Origin: Octopus vulgaris
Taxonomy: Eukaryota
Assembly (NCBI GenBank): GCA_951406725.2
Contig: OX597833.1
Span: 21,576,001 to 21,640,000, forward strand
Direction: 5' to 3'
DNA length: 64,000 nucleotides
Under the pieces are notes generated by a model. The model was not told where the DNA came from. It ran no database searches and saw only the letters and a list, made by a program, of their open reading frames with translations. Shown here one piece after another: positions 12,986-26,073 of the stretch. A program made the position numbers and the translations under genes. Within the stretch, counting starts at the first letter, position 1. Each line of letters opens with the position of its first letter.

Positions 12986-13104
12986 TAGACAATATTGTCA
13001 TCACCAACAAGTTTCCGTAGGCGCCCAATCGCAAGTTCAAAGCTTTTATAAAGATGAGATGACGAGTGCCTGTCTCACTACATGCGCGCAACAAATGTTA
13101 CCAG
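12986..13104 (+). CDS. candidate internal coding exon of an unidentified host gene
   Basis: Poly-T tract + TTTAG|TAG acceptor, open frame RQYCHHQQVSVGAQSQVQSFYKDEMTSACLTTCAQQMLP, donor CAG|GTAATC. Non-repetitive sequence; no homology recognised. Confidence 0.4.
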
Positions 13105-13139
13105 GTAATCTTGTCAGAAAAAAAAATTATCGGTTTTCT

Positions 13140-13297
13140 CGCCGTGATTGTGTGGTAGGAAGCTTGGTTCACAACCATATAATTCCGGACTCAGTCCCAC
13201 TGCATTGCGCCTTGAGCAAGTGTCTTCCACTATAGCCTCAGACCAACCAAAGCCTTGTGAATGAATTTGAGAGACGGAAACTGAAAGAAGCCCGTCG

Positions 13298-13328
<31 letters not shown>

Positions 13329-13540
13329 TTGTTGTGTGTGTTTATGTCTGTGTCTGTCCATCACCACCACTTGGCAACAGGTGTTGGTGTGTTTACGTCC
13401 CCGTAACTTGGTGGTTCTGCAAAAGAGACCGATGGAATAAGAACCACGCTTTAAACATAAAATCCTGGGATCGATTTGTTCGGCTAAAGCCCTTTAGGGG
13501 GGTGACCCAGCATGACTGCAAGCGAGTAAAAGAATAAATG
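13140..13540 (+). mobile_element. SINE family A
   Basis: Colinear with 20707-21132. Confidence 0.85.
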
Positions 13541-13563
13541 AATACACACACACACACACACAT

Positions 13564-13768
13564 ACAGTAATATCTCGCCATGTTGCGGTTTATAATTTAA
13601 GCTTACGTCGATTCCTCTGGTTTTGTCTTGCATTTATTATGAAATAAATATATACAAATAAAAATAATTATAAAAATATAAAGTACAGTACTGTTTCTAC
13701 TTCGTGGATTTTCACCTATCGCGGGTGGGTTGGGAACGTAACACCCGCGATAATCAAGGGATTATAGC
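13564..13768. mobile_element. degenerate Tigger/pogo-like MITE
   Basis: Starts TA CAGTAATATCTCG..GCGGT, ends ..ACCCGCGATAATCAAGGGATTA; AT-rich centre. Confidence 0.55.
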
Positions 13769-14986
13769 ATATTATTCATTGCGGTTAGCCATTCAAATGC
13801 GCTTGGAACATCCGATACAGTGTTCCAAATAATGGCAATGGTGAAACGTACGTAGGAACTAATAATTTGTACTTTCATCTTAATTTTTCCTTGCATACAT
13901 CTGTGTATGCGCGCGCGCGAGCGCCTTTGTGTCTGTGTTTGTCCCCCCCTCACCGTTTGACAACCGGTGTCAGTTTGTTTACGTCCTTTTAACTTAGCAG
14001 TTCGGCAAAGTATAAATACCAGATTTTAGAATAAGTACTGGGTCGATTTCTTCCGTCTAGGACTCTTCAAGATGGTGCCCCAGCATGGCCGCACTCCAAT
14101 GGCTGAAACAGATAAAAGACAAAAGATATACACGAACACATTTTGTGCTCGGCAAATTAAATTCATGTACGTTTCTACTTGATAGAAATTCATAGAAGCT
14201 AGAAACTAATAAAGCAACTGAGTGTTTTTGACATGCATATCAAAGGGACGGACAAACAGTGAGAGATGGAGACACTGCTAATTGTATTACAACATTGTTT
14301 TGCCTCTTAGGATTTTTACTTGGCACGAATATGTATGGGAGTAGCACAAATACGTATGAGAGTAGCCACTTGCTCAAGGCACCGTGCAATGACATCGATT
14401 ATGGATTCCTATAGTTGCCAAGCGAACTTACTAACCACTTTATGGAAACCCTGAAATAGACTCTTCCACTATTCATATTGCGTTTGGTATTTATCTTAGT
14501 TTATAAAGAGAGAATCAAACCCGGACTGCAATTATGACTCCCCGAGAATTAATTCTTTATTGTTTCAATACTTTCGCAATGAGTGGTAGCAGTGGCAGTG
14601 GCGGCGGCGGCGGCGGTGGTGGTGGTGGTGGTGGTGGTGGTTGGCGGTTGGCGGTGTCGGTGATATATGGTGCAACAGTTGAAGCTGGAAAACTTCCTGA
14701 GGAAATGTCAACTAGAAGTGAACTTTGATGATGAAATGTTGCTGTTGTTAGTGTTATAATAAATAGCTGTTGATGCTGTTGCTGTTGTTATTGCCGTAAA
14801 CACTTTCATTGGCAGCTAAATAGCGCAGTGATTATAATATTTGTCTTTCTGCCTGCCACATCGTCCATCTATCTCTCTGTCTGCACGTCTGTCTGTATGT
14901 CTATCTGTCCGCATGTTTGTCTGTTGGCCTACCCATCAGTCTTTCTGTCCGTCTGACTGGTGTTATCAGGCTGACAGTCTGACATG

Positions 14987-15035
<49 letters not shown>

Positions 15036-15446
15036 CCTCTCTCTCCCTCTCTCTCTCCGACACATGCACGCGTACGCATAGCTATACATACACCACGCAC
15101 ACACACATACATAACTACACACACACACACATTATATGCAAAGTGGGGAAGAGAGAAGGTAGAAGAAAGACAGAGGGGAGAGAAATAGGGGCAGAGAGAC
15201 AGAGGAAGGAGTAGGGGAGTGGAAAGAGAAGGGCTGAGAGGGATGAAGTGAGAGAGTAATTACATGGGTCTCCGTCGGTTTCCACGATGACTATTCATAT
15301 GTTCAATACCTGCAGCTCATTAAATTGGCATGCAATCTACACAACACGTCTTCCCTCAATGTAATTCTGGATCAGCGTGACATAGTGTGACAAGGCTGGA
15401 TCTTTATATTACAGGTACAAAATCTATTCGAAGGGCTTCGGCACAG

Positions 15447-16630
15447 TTTCCTTTATTTCCTACAATTCTCTTCCATCTATCTGGTAGACTTGCAAAGACC
15501 CTCTTCCAAAATTCACTTGTCCGTGACGAAAAATACTCCTCCAGTACTGTTCTGACCTCATCTACAGAATTCATATTTTTTCCGACCAAATGATTTTGAA
15601 GACTGAGGAATAAATGATAATCAGATGGGGCAATGTCCGGCGAATATAGTGGGTGGAGCATCGTTTTCCATTCAAACTGTTCCAGCCTTTGGAATGCCAT
15701 CGTCGCTGTATGTGGCCAAGCATTATCCTGATGGAAGAACACCTTTCGTCTTGAAACCAAAGATGGTCGTTTTTCTTCTAGCGCTGACTTAAGCCACTCA
15801 AGCTGCTCGCAGTAGATCTCCTTTGTTATCGTTTGGTTTCGGTTTAAAAGTTCAAAGTTGACTAAACCTTTCATATTCCACCAAACAGATAACAACACCT
15901 TACGGGGGTGAAGACTTTCTTTAGCCTGGGGTGCCGGTGTTTTTCCTTTCCCTACCCACTGTCTTCGGTGCTTGACATTTTTATAGAGAATCCATTTCTC
16001 GTCACCAGTCACTATTCGGTCTAAAAAAGGTTCATTCGTAAGAGCTGACATCAAAGAAGTGCACACAGTCACTCTCTGCGCGCGATTAGACTCGGAAAGT
16101 TTGTGAGGAACCCATTGACCCAAATTTCTGACTTTTCCGATGGCACGCAGGTGTCGATGAATGGTTGAATGACTAAATCCAGGTTTCTCTGCTAGTTCCT
16201 CAACAGTTACAATGGAATTTTGTTCAACCAGGATTTGCAGGACGTCCTCGTTGAACTCTTCAGATCTTCCAGCACGAGGCTCGTCTTCTAGGCTGTAGTT
16301 TCCGGCACGAAATTTCTGGAACCACTGTTAACCCTGGCTTACACTTGTTGTCCGATCCCCATATACTACATTTATATTTCTCGCACTTTCTGTTGCGATG
16401 TTGCCTTTATTGAACTCATAAAGCAAAATATGCTGAATATGCTCCTTTCCACTTCCATTATAGGTTTGAAAGTATAACTGTTAAAATCGAAAAGCACTAT
16501 TCAAAATTTGCACTAAGGATAAGAACAAGGTAAAATTACTACCTGTTTTTATAGCAGATTGGTACAGGTAATTTATCCCGTCCCCTCCAACTTTTAGTTC
16601 ATGCAATTGAAAAAAATCGTATTATTTACA
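15447..16630 (-). mobile_element. near full-length DD34D mariner, pseudogenised
   Basis: ATG at 16458 (MEV..EHIQHILLYEFNKG, with frameshift and stop). ORF 15404-16123 has WVPHKL, VTGDEKW, HQDNAWPH and YSPDIAPSDY. 3' end truncated. Confidence 0.95.
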
Positions 16631-17714
16631 TGTATGTATGTATGTATGTATGTACCTTCGTATACACACATAGCAAAAGCCTTATAACTGCTGTAAACCC
16701 CACAAAGTCCCAAACTGAACTAACCTCACGCAAACTATTATCTACCACAAATAGAGTTCTCGAACAAAACACTAGCAAATTCCCGGTATAAATCATTAAT
16801 ATCGCTATAACTAAAAGTAGTGCTACCAACTGAGATGACGGTGACAATGAAAAGAAACAACGTCGAAAGAATGAAAACACACATACACCCACTATCTATA
16901 GACGTAGAACAACCCATCCTCAGCTGCTTGATCTACTACTCCTCCGTAATAAATTTCCACCGGAATGTTTGTATGTTGTATTACTATTTTGTCTTTATGT
17001 GTATGTAGGTCAATATTGTCAGTGTATCTTTTCCTAACTTAAGACTACAGAAAATGATTTGAGGGAAATTTGGTTGCTATTTCTACCCGATTGGGCGATT
17101 ACTTGGAGGCCTCACCACGTTGTTTTGCCCAAAATCAACCCTTATCGTACAGATTCATGATGAAAGACGTTCCAGCAGTGACGTTTTCATCTTTTTGTAG
17201 TATATCAGTAATAATATGGATCGAATCTTTTAAGACTGTGTGATTGAATTTCAAAGATATTTGGCTGCTAATTTTAACAGATCGATCGACTGTACAGAAG
17301 TTCACTCCGACATGAACTTCTAACACAGGATGAAAGTATTCTAAGGCGCCGAATCAGTGAAAAGACCAGACGATACCCTCGTCTGCTGGAAAATCAAACA
17401 ATTTTCTTCCTTCTCTCTCTCTCTCTCTCTTTATGTTAGGGAGGTGGATTGTATAGGGAGCGATGTAATGTATGAAATACACCTATTCAATACTTTAGGG
17501 AGGGGTTATGAGAAGTGATATGAAGTACGAGTTACTGTTGTTCATAACTTTGGAGAGGGCGTTGACTTAAGTAGTGGAGAGAAGGAGTTACTGAAAGATG
17601 GTGAGATGATACGAGATGGTGAGATAATACGTATGACAGAAGGTGAGTGCAATGTTTGACAGTGTTTTGGTTGCATATATAGATATACTTACGTTAGATA
17701 GACAGACAGACAGT

Positions 17715-17751
<37 letters not shown>

Positions 17752-17819
17752 AGTTATTGAAGGATGGTGAGATGATATGAGAGAAGGCGAGAGCAATGGT
17801 TGACAGTGTTTTAGTTACA

Positions 17820-17921
17820 TATATAGACATACATACGTTAGATAGATAGACAGACAGAGACAGATAGACAGACAGGCAGGCAGGCAGGCAGACGGACACA
17901 CAGATAGGCAGGTAGACAAAC

Positions 17922-18001
<80 letters not shown>

Positions 18002-18015
18002 GGATGGATGGATGT

Positions 18016-18095
<80 letters not shown>
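17820..18095. repeat. (GATA)n/(GACA)n microsatellite
   Basis: Direct inspection. Confidence 0.95.
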
Positions 18096-18096
<1 letters not shown>

Positions 18097-18600
18097 ATTG
18101 TCCTTCTGTCTAGCACACACCACAGTCACACAGATGAGCATAAATAACAGACATCGACAATCAAATAATTGCTCTACATTTATATATTTAGTGTCACGCA
18201 AAGCTTTCTTACCAAATGTGAATATCTAAGTGAAACGCGTAGCCATAGAAACTAGGGATATTTTTTGAAAATTTTTTGAAAGAAACTTTGATTTGCAAGA
18301 TCTTTAGTGAATAGACATGTCCCGAGTATTTTTTAACATCTGTTTGTGTACAAAACTTTGTGAATGTTCGATAGACGCAGCACAAAACGTATTTATGTGT
18401 GTTTGTGAGAATTGCTTTAAGTGTGGAAAGGGGGGGACTTATACGTCCGAAATCTTTGTGCGCCTGTGTATTATATAAGTGTATTTGCGCAAGCGAGTTC
18501 TTGAGTGTGTATATGTAGGTATATAGGTATGTAGGTATGTATGTATGCATGTACATGTATAAGCAAACACGTACACGCAGACATATATATATATATATAC

Positions 18601-19141
18601 GATTCAAAAGGATACAAAAGAATAAAAATAATAAAAGAGAGAGGCAGGTGAAGAAACAACAAAGTATAATAGTTTGACACTGAGGAAAAACAGAAAAGTC
18701 TTTGACATTTCGAGCCGATGCTCTTCTACAGATGGGAAAAGGAATGGGGGAAGAAATCGTGTCTTTTTGGCCCTGAGGCTATATTTTGCTCATTTCTTAT
18801 TCATTTCGTCTTCCGTCCATTATCTTAAATTTCGCCTTTCGTCCGTTGTCCTTCGTCCATTGTCATAAATTACATTTATTCGCTCTCGTATGTCCACTTT
18901 TGCATCGCTTGTTATCCATGTATTATTTGCTCACGGCTCTATATTCTCCGCAACTTTCACGGGCACTGCCAGCACGGGAAGCCCCATAGTTTTATCATTA
19001 ACTGAGTGTGAAACTGAGTGATACCATCTGGTTGATAACTGGTGAAGAATTAGGAGCCTTTTGTGTGTTTTCAGTCCATTTGTGCACACAATATACGTTA
19101 TATGTTTTTCCTTCTCGTTTGCACTATACATCTTTCATTTA
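18601..19141 (-). mobile_element. Penelope-like element 3' remnant with variant hammerhead motif at 18700-18735
   Basis: Minus: CTGTAGA-A-GAGC ATCG GCTC-GAAA-TG-TC-AAAG. Downstream tail is homologous to 19781-19940 and 32922-33110. Extent toward 19141 is uncertain. Confidence 0.6.
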
Positions 19142-19219
19142 CAAAGTTAATGTCGGCAGAATTTGAATGCCGGATTTTAAGTGGTGAAAGGGGACAAGCA
19201 CAAAGGCGCGCGTGCGCGT

Positions 19220-19266
<47 letters not shown>

Positions 19267-19548
19267 CGCGCATGCACACACACATATACGTATATATATA
19301 TTCATATAATATATATATATATGTATATACATACATATATATATGTGTGTGAGTGTGTGCATGTGTGTCTCTGTATACATATACACATACTTATATGTAT
19401 ACATATACGTATATATATATATATATATATGTGTGTGTATCTATGTATATATATATATGTCTGTATACATACATACATATATACATATATATGTCTATAT
19501 TCATGTATACATACATATATATATATACACACATACATGCATACATAT

Positions 19549-19581
<33 letters not shown>

Positions 19582-20269
19582 TATGTATGTATATATATAT
19601 ATATGTGTGTGTGTATGTATGTATGTATATATATATATACATATATATATACATACATACATACACACATTTTTATATATACATATATATATACATATGT
19701 ATGTATGCATGTATGTATGTATGTATGTATGTATGTATGTATGTATGTATGTATGTATGTATGTATGTATGTGTGTATGTGTTGAAGAGCGTAGGCTCGA
19801 AACGTTAAAGACTTGTTTTATTTATATTTCCTGAGCGACATACTAATACAATTGTTTGTTTGTATTCCACCTGCCTTCGTCTTTTGTTTATTTCCGTAAA
19901 CCTGCCTTCGTCTTTTGTCTATTTTCATAAAGGTTCCCGTTATATATGTGTGTATGTATGCATGAATATAGACATATATATATATGTATGTATACAGACA
20001 TATATATATATACGTATATGTATACATATAAGTATGTGTACATGTATACACAGACACACACGCACACACACACATATATATGTATGTATGTATGTATATA
20101 CATATATATATATTATATGAATATATATATATACGTATATGTGTGTGTGCATGCGTGTGTGTGTGTGTGTATGTGTGTGTGTGTGTACGGACGCGCACGC
20201 GTGCCTTTGTGCTTGTTCCCTTTCACCACTTAAAATCCGGCATTCAAATTCTGCCGACATCAACTTTGC
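19142..20269. repeat. inverted duplication (arms about 19142-19525 and 19941-20269)
   Basis: Non-microsatellite segment CAAAGTTAATGTCGGCAGAATTTGAATGCCGGATTTTAAGTGGTGAAAGGG.. and the microsatellite interruption pattern are mirrored. Confidence 0.9.
19780..19940 (+). mobile_element. Penelope-like tail with variant hammerhead motif
   Basis: TGTTGA-A-GAGC GTAG GCTC-GAAA-CG-TT-AAAG followed by the family tail (..ATACTAATACA..CCACCTG..TTCGTCTTTTG). Confidence 0.65.
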
Positions 20270-20706
20270 CTTCCATCCTTTTAGAGCCAATAAGTACCAG
20301 TCATGCATTGAGGTCGGTGTAATCTACAAGCCCCCACCTCAAAACTACTTGCCTTGTACCAAAATTTGGAACTGTTTAGGCAGCGAGCTGGCAGAATTGT
20401 TATCACATTGGACAAACTGCTTAGCAACATTTCCTCTTTTTTTAATCTTCTGAGTTCAAATTCAGCTGAGGTCAACTTTGCCTTTCATCCTTTCAAGGTC
20501 AATAAAAGAAGTACCAGTCGAGTACCAGGGTTGATGTAATAGACTAGCTTCTCCCCACAAAATTTTAGGCTTTGTGACTATTGCAGAAAGGAATCAATGA
20601 GGACCGTCACCAAAGAACATCAGTTATCAGAGTTGAACTTGAATTGTTTCAGGCTTTTCATGAAGATTTTTTTCTAATTCTATAAAATTAATTTCCTAAT
20701 TTCCTA

Positions 20707-21132
20707 AGGCGCAGGAGTGGCTGTGTGGTAAGTAGTTTGCTAACCAGCCACATGGTTCCGGGTTCAGTCCCACTGCGTGGCATCTTGGGCAAGTGTCTTC
20801 TGCTATAGCCCCGGGCCGACCAATGCCTTGTGAGTGGATTTGGTAGACGGAAACTGAAAGAAGCCTGTCGTATATATGTATATATATACGTATGTATGTG
20901 TGTGAGTTTGTGTGTCTGTGTTTGTCCCCCTAGCATTGCTTGACAACCGATGCTGGTGTGTTTACATCCCCGTCACTTAGCGGTTCAGCAAAAAGAGACC
21001 GATAGAATAAGTACTGGGCTTACAAAGAATAAGTTCCGGGGTCGATTTGCTCGACTAAAGGCGGTGCTCCAGCATGGCCGCAGTCAAATAACTGAAACAA
21101 GTAAAAGAATAAAAGAAAAGAAAAGAAAAGAA
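20707..21132 (+). mobile_element. full-length SINE family A
   Basis: GGCGCAGGAGTGGCTGTGTGGTAAG (A box), GGTTCAGTCCC (B box), TTGGGCAAGTGTCTTC core, internal (TA/GT)n, tail GAAACAAGTAAAAGA. Other copies at about 23807, 29548, 35230, 36365(-), 40203, 51417(-), 61320. Confidence 0.92.
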
Positions 21133-21249
21133 TTGTAGTTTAGTCATATAGCTTGCTATTGGAAACAAAGTAAATGGGACAGAGAGACAGACAGATAGAT
21201 AAATAGATAAATAGATGTTTGTTCAGATACCTGACAAGAAGAGAGAGAG

Positions 21250-21687
21250 GGCTGTTCAAGAAAAGAGCAAATATGTAAAAGATGAACTGTGATCTAAGAA
21301 GGACATCTGATGCAAGTCATATGTACTGAGGAGACCAATTCATGTGTGTAAGAACACAGGAAAACCCATTTGATCCATACTAAGCTGTTACATAACAAGG
21401 TTAAAGACCCTCACAAACATGACATGTCTTGGGTCTTTTCTGATGAGTATAACTCCGGCCCAAACTAAAAATGTAACAGAAGAAATAACAAATTGCTATG
21501 TGTTGATCCTTCTAATGTCTCCAGAGTGATGCAGACCAAGTTTCCAGCAACAGTAATAGTTTTAGGAGTCGAGAGTAACAAGGATACTCTGAGATGCTGA
21601 ATTGATAAAGTATGTAGTGGAAGGTCATATATATTTCAACGGAACTCTGCACCTTTAAACAAAGCTCATGTAACCCAAGAATGAATG
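21250..21687 (+). mobile_element. decayed DD37D (maT-like) transposase fragment
   Basis: Fragments KSYVLRR, WVFSDE, NRRN, VMQTKFPATVIVLG, SGRSYIFQRNSAP with stops and frameshifts. Confidence 0.7.
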
Positions 21688-22385
21688 TCCCTGCTCCCTT
21701 GTTGCAGGGAGAGAAGGAGGAAGTCGAGGAGGTGGAAACCTCCTCGAAAAAAAGGAAGAAAACGAAAGGTGGGCAACAATGGTTGCCCACCGAAGGAACC
21801 GAGGGCTGCGGGAGGAAGGGATGATCCACTGGACAAGGCGGAGGAACTCCACCCTCCCGAGGCTCAAAGGTAAAAAAAGAAAAATGGGACATCGCTGGTG
21901 GTTGGTGACACACTGCCGGCGTGTTCCCAAAGCATCTTTGGTGGGAGTTGTACCACCAAAGATGGAAACTGTACAGCCCTTCCCCCACCCCGTGATACGG
22001 AGGAGGAATTTGTGGTCCTCTTCCATAAGGGAGGGACAGTAGAGCGCTTTGTTAAGAAGCTCAGAACGAAGGGCCGAATGGAGGGGATTCTGTCCTTCAC
22101 GGAGGACCCTGACTGGCCTTCGCAGGTGGCTGCGAAGGTCATGAGGGAGAACGACCTGTTCAAGATAATGGACTTCTTCCCCCAAAGAAGCCGTCCAGGT
22201 TTTTTTGCTGAGGCGAGAAGTCTTGTCGGGCGAGAAGATTGTTTTATTGATTCATAAATGGACTTGTGTAAGAGGTTTATTGCCTCAAATGGCTTTGTAT
22301 GTAGTCAATGTAAGAGGTCTATTGCCTCCTTAATTTGTTATTATGTAAGAGGTTTGTTGCCTCAAAATGTTTTATAAAAGAACAA
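21688..22385 (+). other. GC-rich hairpin-dense segment with 119-aa ORF and triple 20-nt 3' repeat; possibly the 3' end of an unclassified retroelement
   Basis: At least six 7-12 bp stems; ORF 21898-22257; TGTAAGAGGT(T/C)T(A/G)TTGCCTC three times, then an A-rich end. Confidence 0.5.
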
Positions 22386-22496
22386 TGTGCTCGGGTAAGC
22401 AGCAATCGGCGGGCGTTGCTGTTGCCCTCATTATTATCATATCGTTAATCATTCTATCTCATTATGTCCGTGTCCAGCCCGCAGCTTCCTTTCTTT

Positions 22497-23034
22497 GTAA
22501 GAATTTTGTAGCGGTGACGAGAGTCTTGAAGATGATAAGCATAGTTGTCGGCCATCGGACCAATGATCAACTAAGAACCTTAGTCAAAGCCAATCTACGC
22601 ACAACTGTTTGAGAGCTTGCTTCTGAATTAGACGTAACGTATACGACAATTTCCAACCATTTGAAAGAGATTGGAAAAACAAAAATACTTGAGAAATGAG
22701 TGCCGCACCCATTTCTCAACCAAAAAGAATGCCGTTTTGAAGTGTCGTCTTCCCTTCTTTTACGCAACAAGAACGACCCGTTTCTCGACCAGATTGAGAC
22801 TTGCGATGAAAAGTGGATTCTTTACAACAGTCGGCGACGTTCAGCTCAGTGGTTGGACGCCGACGAAGCACCACGGCACTTCCCGAAGCCAAAATTGCAC
22901 CAAAAGAAGGTCGTGATGACTGTTTGGTGGTCAGTGGCTGGTCTCATCTATCACAGTTTTTGGATCCAGGCAAAACCATTACGGCGGAGTACTGTCAGCA
23001 AGAGGATGAAATGAATCAGAAATTCCAACAACAA
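22497..23034 (+). mobile_element. mariner transposase fragment (cecropia/Hsmar1-like)
   Basis: [57 protein letters not shown], with stops and frameshifts. Confidence 0.9.
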
Positions 23035-23806
23035 TAATATTTCCTTAAATTCGTTAGTACATAATAAACAAAAATTACTACCTATTCGATATTATTTTTG
23101 CCTTACAAACTATCTCCCAATTTAAATTGTACTTACTATTTTTAGATTTTAGTTCCCATATATATTTACTAAGGCCAGTAGAATTAATTAAATTTCTATT
23201 CTTAAAAGAACTCATGTGTTAAGCCACCCATAATTTAATTTCATTAAAAGTTGACTCTATGTAAATTGCATTTAAATTATAATCATTCCTATTATTATCA
23301 TCAATCAAAGTCACTACACATTTATATACTACATTATCGAAATTACATTTAGTTTTATCTCTACATGTACAATTAATTATATTATTATTATTATTGTTGG
23401 AATAATTATTTGATTTGTTTTTATAAAACTTATTCAGCCTAAATTTATTAAAAGAAGAAATAATGTTATCTACATTATTAGTAGTAGAATAACCAACTCA
23501 AACATTTTTACTAGAAAAAATGTTATTATAATTTTTATGAATACTTCAGTTATAGTTAAAATCTCTTTAATAATGTTTGTTTTAACTTGAACTCTATAAG
23601 GAATAATTAGCCAAATTTTGTTCTTATTATTAATATTATTATATTTATTATTTATATTATTAAATTTATTATTATCATTAAATTAATTAAATTTAATCTT
23701 ATTTTTTAGTCTATTATTATATTTGTTTTCTATTATCATAATACATATTATTAACATCTTTCTTTATTGAATTGTTTAATAGAGGTTTTTCTCTAAATTA
23801 TATACA

Positions 23807-23948
23807 TAGGCACAGGAGTGGCTGTGTGGTAAGTAGCTTGTTCAGTCCCACTGCATGGCACCTTGGGCAAGTGTCTTCTACTATAGCCTCGGGGCGACCA
23901 AAGCCTTGTGAGTGGATTTGGTAGACGGAAACTGAAAGAAGCCCGTCG

Positions 23949-23982
<34 letters not shown>

Positions 23983-24220
23983 CGTGTATGTTTGTGTGTC
24001 TGTGTTTGTCCCCCTAGCATTGCTTGACAACCGATGCTGGTGTGTTTTTGTCCCCGTCACTTGGCAGCTCAGCAAAAGAGTCCGATAGAATAAGTACTGG
24101 GCTTACAAAGAATAAGTCCTGGGGTCGAGTTGCTTGATTAAAGGCGGTGCTCCAGTATGGCCACAGTCAAATGACTGAAACAAGTAAAAGAGTAAAAGAG
24201 TAAAAGAGTAAAGAGTAAAG
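23807..24220 (+). mobile_element. SINE family A (small deletion in head)
   Basis: Colinear with 20707-21132. Confidence 0.9.
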
Positions 24221-25214
24221 AGTATATTATATATTGTGAAATTTGATTTAAAATTGTTAAATTGAATTTTTCCCTGTAAGTGGAATTATATTCCCTACTA
24301 TTATTATATATGTGTGTGTGTGTATACATATATATATACACACACATATAATATCACATGATCACATGATTTCAGTGTGTTTAAGCTCCCTCAGCAACAG
24401 GACCAAGTATCCATTCACCACGAGCTAGCCAAATTTTGCCTGATATATATAGGAAAACTGATATGTAGGAAAACAGTAGCTATTCAGACACTGGCATCAC
24501 AACTAGCCAGCAGGCTCAATGAAAATTAAATATTAGTTTCAAATTTTGGCACAAGGCCAGTAATTTTGAGAAGAGGAGGGTAAGTCAGTTACATTGAAAT
24601 CAGTGTTCAACTGGTACTTTATTTTATTGACCAAAAAATTTGACTTGTGAATGGATTTGATGGATGGAAACTGAAAGAAGCCTTTCATATATATGTGTAT
24701 GTATTTTAACTCAGAACATTTAAACTCAGAACACAAAGTTGGAAGAAATGTAGTAAAGCATTTTTCCTGGCAGGATAATGATTCTGCCAGCTTGCTGCCT
24801 TTTAAAAAATAAGAATTAAGTATTTGCAACAGAAGTAAAATTGACGCTTGACAACTGGTGTTGGTTTGTTTATGTCCCCTTAAATTAGCAGTTTAGCAAA
24901 AGAGAACAACAGAATGAGTACCAGACATTGCAAAAAATTAGTACTAACATCAATTTGATTGACTAAACAACCAGTGGTTCCCAAATATTTTCAGGCTGCC
25001 ACCCCCTTGACACCAGGGTCACATTCCTAGTACAACCACCACAAGCATAGACCACTTTCTGCAGCAAATTCAAAACAATAGTATTTTATAAATAAAACTT
25101 AACCTAATTAATTCATTATTTTGTTGTTCCATAAATAATGTGGGGTTTTTTATACATATTTTTATTTTTCAAAATTAAGATAAACAAAGTTCTCTTTTAA
25201 TCTAAAATATACTC

Positions 25215-25865
25215 TCCTCCATTTTCTACAATGCTCTTCCATCTTCCAAATTTCACTTGCTCATGACAAAAAATACTCCTCCAGTACTGTTCTGACCTTG
25301 TTTACAGAATTCATATTTTTTTCCATGCAAATGATTTTGAAGACTGCAGAATAAATGATAATCAGATGGGACAATGTCCGGCAAATATGGTGGGTGGGGC
25401 ATCACTTCTCATTCAAATTGTTCCAGCCTTTGGAATGTCATACTCATTGAATATGGCTCAGCATTTTCCTGATGGAAGAAAAACCTTTTGTCTTGAAACC
25501 AAAGATGGTCATTTTTCTTCTAGTGCTGACTTGAACGACTGGTTGAATGACCAAATCCAAGCTTCTCTTCTAGTTCCTCAACAGTTACAATGGGATTTTT
25601 TCCACCAGGGTTTGCAGGATGTCCTCATCTTCTAGGCTGTAGTTTCTGGCTTGGAATTTCTGGGACCACTGTTGACACTGGCTTATGTTTATTGTCCGAT
25701 CCTCATATACTGCATTAATATTCCTTGCATTGTTGCCTTTATTGAAGTCATAAAGCAAAATATGATGAATATGCTCATTTGTCACTTCCATTACAGCTTT
25801 GACAAAATAAATGTTAAAATCGAACTGCACTCTTCAAAACTTACACCAAGAATAAGTACAAGGTA
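25215..25865 (-). mobile_element. multiply deleted copy of the mariner family at 15447-16630
   Basis: MEVTNEHIHHILLYDFNKG..SLEDE plus nucleotide identity to the 3' part (AAAATACTCCTCCAGTACTGTTCTGACC). Confidence 0.9.
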
Positions 25866-26023
25866 GTGCTCCAACATGACAGCAATTAAATGACTGAAAC
25901 AAGTAAAACAATAAAAAATTACAATAAATTTTGCAAACATATTAAAATATAAATAAATAAATAAATAAATAAATACAGAATAATGTTTTTGTTTTTTTTA
26001 TATTTTTTTATTTTATTTTACAG

Positions 26024-26073
26024 GATTTAATATTTTAAAATTTTGGTTGAAGATGAGAACTCACAAAATATGA
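26024..26073 (+). CDS. candidate terminal coding exon, (G)FNILKFWLKMRTHKI*
   Basis: Strong acceptor TTTTTTTATTTTATTTTACAG|GA; only the phase-1 frame is open beyond a few codons; followed by about 1.8 kb of TE-free sequence. Confidence 0.35.

Noticed and set aside
15404-16123. 239-aa mariner ORF as an active or domesticated transposase
   Set aside because: The N-terminal part has a frameshift and a stop, the C-terminus is truncated, and no intact TIR pair was found.
19063-19834. Long ORFs rich in Y/I/H/T/C/V/M (also LSLS, IYLS, poly-V, poly-D, poly-G ORFs elsewhere)
   Set aside because: Translations of microsatellites, open in several frames and on both strands.
23035-23806. Very AT-rich block suspected to be a mitochondrial insertion (weak ATP8-like stretch near 23100)
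   Set aside because: No sustained mitochondrial reading frame could be traced. Its end (TTATTGAATTGTTTAATAGAGGTTTTTCTCTAAATTATATACA) recurs at about 43447-43489, which points to a dispersed repeat. BLAST against a mitogenome would settle it.
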